Part shown: positions 36,882-37,448 of the stretch, in pieces
How positions within the stretch are numbered: position 1 is the stretch's first letter
Layout of the letters: every line of letters starts with the position of its first letter
Assembly (NCBI GenBank): GCA_041635755.1
Contig: JBFKUL010000001.1
Span: 1 to 37,448 of the forward strand
Length of the DNA stretch: 37,448 nucleotides
From: Burkholderiales bacterium
GTDB taxonomy: Bacteria; Pseudomonadota; Gammaproteobacteria; Burkholderiales; SG8-39
Direction of reading: 5' to 3'
Notes under the pieces: model-generated
Databases searched by the model: none
What the model was told of the DNA's origin: nothing
What the model saw: the letters and a program-made list of their open reading frames with translations, nothing else
Program-made: the position numbers and the translations under genes

Positions 36882-37448
36882 TCAAGATCTTTTATGGCTG
36901 GCGAGGTCGAAGCGCACGATCGCCTTGCCCTCGCGGGCCCGTGGCGGCGCCTTCCAGGCGTGACCGTAGACCACTTCATAGGTCGCCGGAAGCCGCGCAT
37001 CGCGTACCTGCGCCGCCAAGCCCTGGCGCAGCCGCTCGCGAAAGCCTCGCCCGGCGAGCCCCCTGGGGCGCGACGTGAGCGCCGAGGATTGCCCGCTCGC
37101 GCGCAGATCGGCGAGGAACGCATCGCCGTCGCCATAGGTCAGGGTGACGACTTCCATATCCATTACCGGCGCCGAGAATCCCGCCGCCACCAACTGGTCG
37201 CCGAGGTCATGCATGTCCATGAATCGGTGAACACGGGCCGCACCCGCCGCCCGGCGCAACTCATTGAGCGTGTCGGGGCCGAGCGTGCTGAACATGAGCA
37301 AGCCTTCGGCATGCAGGATGCGACCGAACTCCTTGAATGCGGCGAGCGGCTCGCCGAGCCAATGCAACGCCATGTTAGACCACACCATGCCCACCGAGGC
37401 CCCGGCGATCGGCAGAGCCTCGAGCTGCGCACAAACCACGTCCGGCGA
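36882..37448 (-). CDS. BioC-like SAM-dependent methyltransferase (malonyl-ACP O-methyltransferase family); 5' end outside window
   Basis: The frame stays open to the window edge. LEALPIAGASVGMVWSNMALHWLGEPLAAFKEFGRILHAEGLLMFSTLGPDTLNEL parallels E. coli BioC [56 protein letters not shown]. The C-terminal ATYEVVYGHAWK parallels LTYHLFLGVIAR. Confidence 0.6.
   Translation of the reverse strand, partial: SPDVVCAQLEALPIAGASVGMVWSNMALHWLGEPLAAFKEFGRILHAEGLLMFSTLGPDTLNELRRAAGAARVHRFMDMHDLGDQLVAAGFSAPVMDMEVVTLTYGDGDAFLADLRASGQSSALTSRPRGLAGRGFRERLRQGLAAQVRDARLPATYEVVYGHAWKAPPRAREGKAIVRFDLASHKRS

Overview
High-GC proteobacterial chromosomal window (gene order looks beta/gamma-like). It is densely coding and mostly core housekeeping. 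Left to right: (1) a Liv-type ABC importer on the minus strand: substrate-binding protein, livH, livM, partial livG. (2) A tightly packed plus-strand set: gabD, a membrane di-iron desaturase and a SAM methyltransferase. (3) typA. (4) A translationally coupled secreted pair: a ChaN/Tiki-like protein with a C-terminal PDZ domain, and an M1-family zinc peptidase. (5) Two split-barrel (PNPOx-like) genes, the second fused to GAF plus an unassigned C-terminal region, with a convergent hemerythrin-domain gene. (6) A small orphan secreted protein. (7) The conserved block TPR protein, lolB, ispE, tRNA-Gln(UUG), prs, rplY, pth, ychF. (8) mutM, coaD-rsmD, ftsYEX and rpoH. (9) A full A-type cytochrome c oxidase cluster: DUF2244, ctaC, ctaD, a 31-aa ORF missing from the ORF track, ctaG, DUF2970, ctaE, an opposite-strand twin-TM gene, SURF1, a Sco-like protein, ctaB and sco. 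(10) A partial BioC-like methyltransferase. I saw no transposase, integrase, CRISPR array, phage gene or recognisable defence gene, and the tRNA is not flanked by an island. So I cannot support a clear novel system here. The best candidates for uncharacterised biology are the split-barrel/GAF module (12.3-15.0 kb), the ChaN-PDZ/M1 peptidase pair (9.1-12.3 kb) and the gabD-desaturase-methyltransferase operon (4.0-7.2 kb). Smaller observations in the oxidase cluster: a hidden micro-ORF, a second Sco-like protein, no ctaA, and a structured ctaB leader. Family calls come from motif recognition by eye and start codons from manual frame checks. No searches were run.
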